From Phormidium tanganyikae FI6-MK23 (GTDB taxonomy: Bacteria; Cyanobacteriota; Cyanobacteriia; Leptolyngbyales; Leptolyngbyaceae): a stretch of DNA of 64,000 bases. Where the stretch lies: the NCBI GenBank assembly GCA_019359175.1, contig JAHHHU010000015.1, positions 14,574 through 78,573 of the forward strand, written 5' to 3'. The position numbers were made by a program, and so were the translations under genes. Under the pieces are notes generated by a model that worked only from the letters and a program-made list of their open reading frames with translations, was not told the DNA's origin and did not search any database. This document shows positions 59,544-64,000 of this stretch, in pieces (the first letter of the stretch is position 1; each line of letters starts with the position of its first letter).

Positions 59544-61087
59544 GTTAAAGCTTTGATAGATCGAGCGTGGATCAGAGCATCAATAATTTTGGGCTTAATC
59601 TTTTCAAACTCAGATCTGAGCAGATCTTTGCTTGTAGCAGCTTTGCCCATTGATGCCCAGGTTTGACTCGCTAACATCCATTCGAGAAGCTGCGATCGCT
59701 GTGCCGTTGTCGGTTGTACAGGCATCACGTAAGCGCAATGATGCGGATCTTCCACCGCAAAAAACAAGATATAAAAGCTCTCTTTCTCGATGAGTAACCG
59801 AGTCAATTTCTGACCCTGATCCGTTTTCAAATCGAGAAAACACTTCAACCATCGCGGATTGCCGTCTTTATGTTGAAGCTGATTGTAAAGCGCTGTCACC
59901 CACATCACGACCGGATGCGGCGATTGGATACACAAGAATGTTTTGAAAAACTGATTGTACAGCTTGCCAATCTGAATGTTCTCGATCTCTTGCTGAGGCA
60001 GCATCACCCAGATCGTCGCTGAAGTTTCCCGCTTGGTTTCGAGAATGTGCGGAAAGACAATTTGTGCGATCGGCTTATCTTTGGGCCAGGTCGTCAACTG
60101 ACAAGCTTCATCTGGAGAAAGATCATCTGCATTCCGCACTGGAGCAGCAACAGGTTTTCTAAGAAGCGCTTCACCGATGCGGTGACTAATCTGGCGAGTC
60201 GCATTGTAGCGCTGTTCCAATGGCTCCAACACTTTGAGAATATCATCGATCGTGTCGGGACGAGCTTGCGGCAGTTTTGCCAAACAACTCATCACGAGCG
60301 ATTCCAGCACCTTCGGCACTTTCGCCGCAGGATTCGCCTCCTCAAAACTGTAGGGCGGCTGGAAATGGTGAGTTTTGTACCAACTTCCAAACGAATGGGT
60401 ATCCGCTAGCAGTGGCATTTTCCCCGTCAGCATCTCAAAAAACATTACGCCCAAACTGTAAATGTCCGATCGCGAATCGAGTTCGCGCCCTTCCATCTGT
60501 TCCGGCGACGAATACGCCAGCGTTCCCATATAAGAACTCGTTTGACTTGCATCCGCCTGCATCAGCTTCGAGATGCCAAAATCGAGAATCTTCACCAACT
60601 CCCCAAAGCCCGAATCCTGAATGACGAGAAGGTTACTCGGCTTAATGTCGCGATGAATGATCGGATAGGTACAGCCATCGATCGTAATGCCTTGATGAGC
60701 GCACTGAATTCCAGCACAGATCTGACGCGCTAAGTTGAGAAATCGAGGAAGCGGCAGATTTTGAGCGCTAATAATTTCGCTGAAACTATTGCCCTCTAAG
60801 TATTCCATCACATAGTAAGGCACTTCTTGATCATCCACGCCGTAATCCATCACGCGGACAATGTGCATACTTTTGGTGCTGAGTAACGCACAAGTGCGGG
60901 CTTCACTCCGAAAGCGATCGCGCATTTTCCGCGTCAGCAGAGTTTGCGATAGAAACTTCACGGCAACAATCACGCCGCCTAACAAGACATCTTCCGCTTT
61001 GTATACTTGCCCCATCGCGCCCCGTCCGATCAGTTTGATCAGTTGATAGCGATTTGAGAGTAGTTGTCCGATTCTAGGGTCAGTCAT
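59540..61087 (-). CDS. Soluble Ser/Thr protein kinase
   Basis: IGRGAMGQVY, VAVK, HRDIKPSN, ILDFG, YSSPEQ, SDIYSLG. Confidence 0.94.
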   Translation of the reverse strand: MTDPRIGQLLSNRYQLIKLIGRGAMGQVYKAEDVLLGGVIVAVKFLSQTLLTRKMRDRFRSEARTCALLSTKSMHIVRVMDYGVDDQEVPYYVMEYLEGNSFSEIISAQNLPLPRFLNLARQICAGIQCAHQGITIDGCTYPIIHRDIKPSNLLVIQDSGFGELVKILDFGISKLMQADASQTSSYMGTLAYSSPEQMEGRELDSRSDIYSLGVMFFEMLTGKMPLLADTHSFGSWYKTHHFQPPYSFEEANPAAKVPKVLESLVMSCLAKLPQARPDTIDDILKVLEPLEQRYNATRQISHRIGEALLRKPVAAPVRNADDLSPDEACQLTTWPKDKPIAQIVFPHILETKRETSATIWVMLPQQEIENIQIGKLYNQFFKTFLCIQSPHPVVMWVTALYNQLQHKDGNPRWLKCFLDLKTDQGQKLTRLLIEKESFYILFFAVEDPHHCAYVMPVQPTTAQRSQLLEWMLASQTWASMGKAATSKDLLRSEFEKIKPKIIDALIHARSIKALT

Positions 61088-61178
61088 GCGGCGGGAAAGT
61101 CAAGGAACGGATGGCCTCAGTATGCACACTTGCAGCTTTGAAGTAACTTTATGAAGCTGAGATTTGCACGTCAGTAGT

Positions 61179-61682
61179 TTATTCGGGTTGCCGTTCCAAA
61201 GTGGCTTCCATCATGCTGGTCAGCGCGTGTCCTGAAAGCATCGTGCTAGATAAGTAATAGCGATCGCTGCTCAATCGGTACATCGTTTCAAATCCGCTGC
61301 GGCGTTGTCGATCGCCTAACACCCAATGCCGCTGAACCAAAGAGTCTGGTGCAACCCAGCCCTCACCTTCGATGCGACCGAGGGAACTATGCTGCAAAAC
61401 AAAGGTGTAGCGACGATTTCCAGCATCCAACCGTCCCCGATATTGCAGGGTCATATCTTGACGATCGTCTGAGTTGGGAAAGGTGAGTTTGGTAATCAGC
61501 GTGAACCAATTATCGCGGCTCCAAGCGACGATCAGTTTTCCTTTAATTCCGATCGGCAGACCTTCACGCTCTAGCCAACTACCTTGGAGCGTCCAACGAC
61601 CTGGTTCCATTAAAAACGTATGGTTCACGGTAAGTCCTCGGCTCAATAGCTCGGCTGAGTGGCTCCCCATGCTACCACGCAA
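61179..61682 (-). CDS. Conserved cyanobacterial hypothetical protein (beta-rich; start uncertain)
   Basis: HTFLMEPGRW...GRIEGEGW...GFET...LSST; lies between anmK and the kinase. Confidence 0.75.
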   Translation of the reverse strand: MRGSMGSHSAELLSRGLTVNHTFLMEPGRWTLQGSWLEREGLPIGIKGKLIVAWSRDNWFTLITKLTFPNSDDRQDMTLQYRGRLDAGNRRYTFVLQHSSLGRIEGEGWVAPDSLVQRHWVLGDRQRRSGFETMYRLSSDRYYLSSTMLSGHALTSMMEATLERQPE

Positions 61683-61687
61683 GCCTT

Positions 61688-62803
61688 TTACCCTACGTGG
61701 TGAATTTCCCCTAAAAGTACGGGTTTCGGCGCACCTGTGACCTCCGGGAGATTACCGGGAATCCCGTGATATCGCCAGTATGCCAGTATCGCAAATGCGA
61801 TCGCTTCTTTAAAGTCTGCATTCAGTCCGGCTTCATCAGTCGTCGTGACGATGCTATCTGGCAGTAATGCTTGAAGTCGAGACTTAAGATAAGTGTTGCG
61901 ACTGCCGCCCCCGCAAATGAGAACGCGATCGGGTAACTGAGGCAAAAATGCTTTGTAGCTCTGTGCGATCGAGGCTGCGGTAAATTCGGTCAATGTTGCC
62001 AAAATATCCGCTTGGTTTAGCGTTGCAGCATCGATTAAACAAGCGTTGAGATACTCTTGTCCAAATTGTTCTCGCCCGGTGGATTTGGGCGGCAGTTGTT
62101 GGAAGAAGTCTTGGTGTAACCAACGATCGACAAGTTCTTGATTTGGAGTTCCACTGGCTGCCCAAGCGCCATCTCGATCGTAGGTTTGGTCGGAAAACTG
62201 CTGCACTGCAAGATCGATCAGCATATTTCCGGCTCCAGTGTCCCATCCTCGAATCGGCAATCCTGATTTCACAGGAGGTAAGTAGGTTACGTTACCAATT
62301 CCACCGATATTTTGGACGCAGCGATGCTCGATCGGGTGTCTGAGAAATACCGCATCGATCGGGGGAACGAGCGGCGCACCTTGTCCCCCGATCGCGATAT
62401 CTGCGGCTCGGAAGTTACTGATCGTGGCGATGTTGGTTTGATGTGCGATCGCGGCTCCGCGTCCGAGTTGCAAACTGTAGCCTAGACGATCGGAGGGTGG
62501 GCGATGAAACACGGTTTGCCCATGTGAACCGATGAGAACGGCAGGCGTTTGATTCGCTTGAATTTGAAGTGCGGCTTGGGCGAATTGAGCGGCGATCGCG
62601 TCATCGAGTTCGGCAAGTTCGGCGATCGATAAAGCGGTTCCGCTGCAAACAGAGAGAATGCGATCGCGTAACTTGGCTGGATAGGGATAGGTTTCACCTG
62701 CGATCAGAGTTGCTTGTAGGTCTTCTGTAGAGCCTGTAATCTCGACCAAAGCGGCATCAATGCCATCGACGGATGTACCGCTCATTAAGCCAATTACGCG
62801 CAT
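61688..62803 (-). CDS. anmK: Anhydro-N-acetylmuramic acid kinase
   Basis: [53 protein letters not shown]. Confidence 0.96.
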   Translation of the reverse strand: MRVIGLMSGTSVDGIDAALVEITGSTEDLQATLIAGETYPYPAKLRDRILSVCSGTALSIAELAELDDAIAAQFAQAALQIQANQTPAVLIGSHGQTVFHRPPSDRLGYSLQLGRGAAIAHQTNIATISNFRAADIAIGGQGAPLVPPIDAVFLRHPIEHRCVQNIGGIGNVTYLPPVKSGLPIRGWDTGAGNMLIDLAVQQFSDQTYDRDGAWAASGTPNQELVDRWLHQDFFQQLPPKSTGREQFGQEYLNACLIDAATLNQADILATLTEFTAASIAQSYKAFLPQLPDRVLICGGGSRNTYLKSRLQALLPDSIVTTTDEAGLNADFKEAIAFAILAYWRYHGIPGNLPEVTGAPKPVLLGEIHHVG

Positions 62804-62936
62804 AGGATTTGCAGCTTAGAGGTTCAGAACTCATTGTGCAATTCAATCTGCAATACGGCAATCATCCGATCGAAGCTACGCCTTAAAAGGCGTTTAAACA
62901 TGATTGCTGTTTCTGCCTGAATCGTAAATTATGCTT

Positions 62937-63926
62937 CTAGCTAGCAGTGCGTCCAGCCAACTGAGCCACCATTTGAACTAGCTCGATCGGTTGTGCGAGT
63001 TTGTGCAAATGCGCTTCAAATCCAGCATTGAGAGCCTTCTCCCGATCCTCATCTAAATGAGCCGTAATTGCAGCGGCTGGAATATGTGTACCTTGTTCAG
63101 CTTCTAAAGCGCGAATTTGCTGAATCAATCGATATCCGTCTCCACCCGCCATCCGAATATCGCTGACCAACACATCCGGACGAAATCGCTCTAGCTCCTC
63201 TAAGGCTGCCGTAGCACTTGCAACCGCCCGCACTCCGATCCCATACGGCTCCAAAATTGCTGTAATAAACTCCCGCACGTCCGCTTCATCATCCACCACT
63301 AACACCCGCAACCCATCCAGAGATCGCGGCATTTTTATTTCTGCCTCAACTTTTTGAGCCACAATTTGCGGGGAGCGATCGAGGGCAAACACACCGATTC
63401 GCAAATTTTCAATCTCACCAGAAGCATTGCAAGCCACATCAATTTGCAACTCAACCGCAAAGGGATTTCCTTCTCGTGGGCAGAAGGTCGTTTGCCAACT
63501 CTGGAGGGCACAACGTTGGGAAAGCTGATTTAGCTTCGTGCGAAAATTCGGTCGATCGCTTTCCGCAATATAGACCGCAAGGGGCTTCCCGATCAAATAA
63601 GTGTGAGGCACATTCAACAATCGAGCGATCGCAAGATTGCCTTCCAAAATTAAGCCATTGGCATCGGTGACGAGAGAAGCGATCGGGGAAGATTGATACA
63701 AATCGTAGAAGTAGTGAAAGCTTTCAGCGAGTTGCTCGTTTTGCTGAATGAGTTCTTCCTCAAAGACTTCGGCTGCCTCTAGATTCGTCTGCATCTGCTC
63801 GTAAGCGACATACAAATCCTCGATCGCGGCATTCACCTCTTCCCAAGCGTCTGCCTCATTGTTTTGCAGCGCTGCAATCTGCTGCTGCACCACCTGAAAA
63901 TATAGTCTAAATGACTCGTCATTCAT
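62937..63926 (-). CDS. Coiled-coil plus PAS plus receiver domain protein (no histidine kinase domain)
   Basis: PAS SPIASLVTDANGLI; REC LVVDDE, VLVSDIRM, AITA, HK. Confidence 0.88.
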   Translation of the reverse strand: MNDESFRLYFQVVQQQIAALQNNEADAWEEVNAAIEDLYVAYEQMQTNLEAAEVFEEELIQQNEQLAESFHYFYDLYQSSPIASLVTDANGLILEGNLAIARLLNVPHTYLIGKPLAVYIAESDRPNFRTKLNQLSQRCALQSWQTTFCPREGNPFAVELQIDVACNASGEIENLRIGVFALDRSPQIVAQKVEAEIKMPRSLDGLRVLVVDDEADVREFITAILEPYGIGVRAVASATAALEELERFRPDVLVSDIRMAGGDGYRLIQQIRALEAEQGTHIPAAAITAHLDEDREKALNAGFEAHLHKLAQPIELVQMVAQLAGRTAS

Positions 63927-64000
63927 AAATAATTTGTGCTGTCCACTAGCATCATTGCGGGCGTGATCTTTGAGAAATTTCTACCCTGACGAAAATACTC

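Larger units (their letters stand above)
1..64000. repeat. HIP1 octamer (GCGATCGC, core CGATCG) highly over-represented throughout the window
   Basis: GCGATCGC and CGATCG recur in almost every gene and spacer; HIP1 is an established cyanobacterial genome signature. Confidence 0.95.

Noticed and set aside
1-64000. CRISPR arrays, tRNA/rRNA genes, transposases, prophage genes
   Set aside because: None were recognisable; the recurring short repeats are HIP1 sites or in-frame coding repeats.

Overview
This window is cyanobacterial chromosomal DNA. The HIP1 octamer GCGATCGC recurs throughout, and the gene set includes cmpA, nblB, ftsH3, xisI, pentapeptide-repeat and PEP-CTERM proteins. The style suggests a filamentous, Leptolyngbya-like host, but that is an inference. 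About 60 tightly packed genes are present. Most are housekeeping, envelope or stress genes: glycosyltransferases, egtC-egtB-egtD ergothioneine genes, trpD, gpmI, carA, rlmB, Mini-III, ManC, LCP, TftA-like amidase, a CDF transporter, ftsH3 and anmK. I saw no rRNA, tRNA, CRISPR array or transposase. The most interesting items are: (1) a signalling module at 34.2-39.6 kb, with an HTH-NB-ARC (STAND) protein lacking a sensor repeat domain and a receptor Ser/Thr kinase with a periplasmic-binding-protein ectodomain, divergent from a sigma-factor-like gene across an array of TGACCCAAA-type repeats; (2) a STAS anti-sigma antagonist whose full-length form can only start at a non-canonical ATT codon; (3) an orphan cmpA followed by a hairpin and a 31-codon ORF; (4) a PatN-like gene; (5) a SmtB/ZiaR-type operator before the CDF transporter; (6) an RlmB with a large repeat-expanded disordered N-terminus; (7) small ORFs below the ORF-track cutoff. 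All family assignments come from motif recognition and recall, not from database searches.
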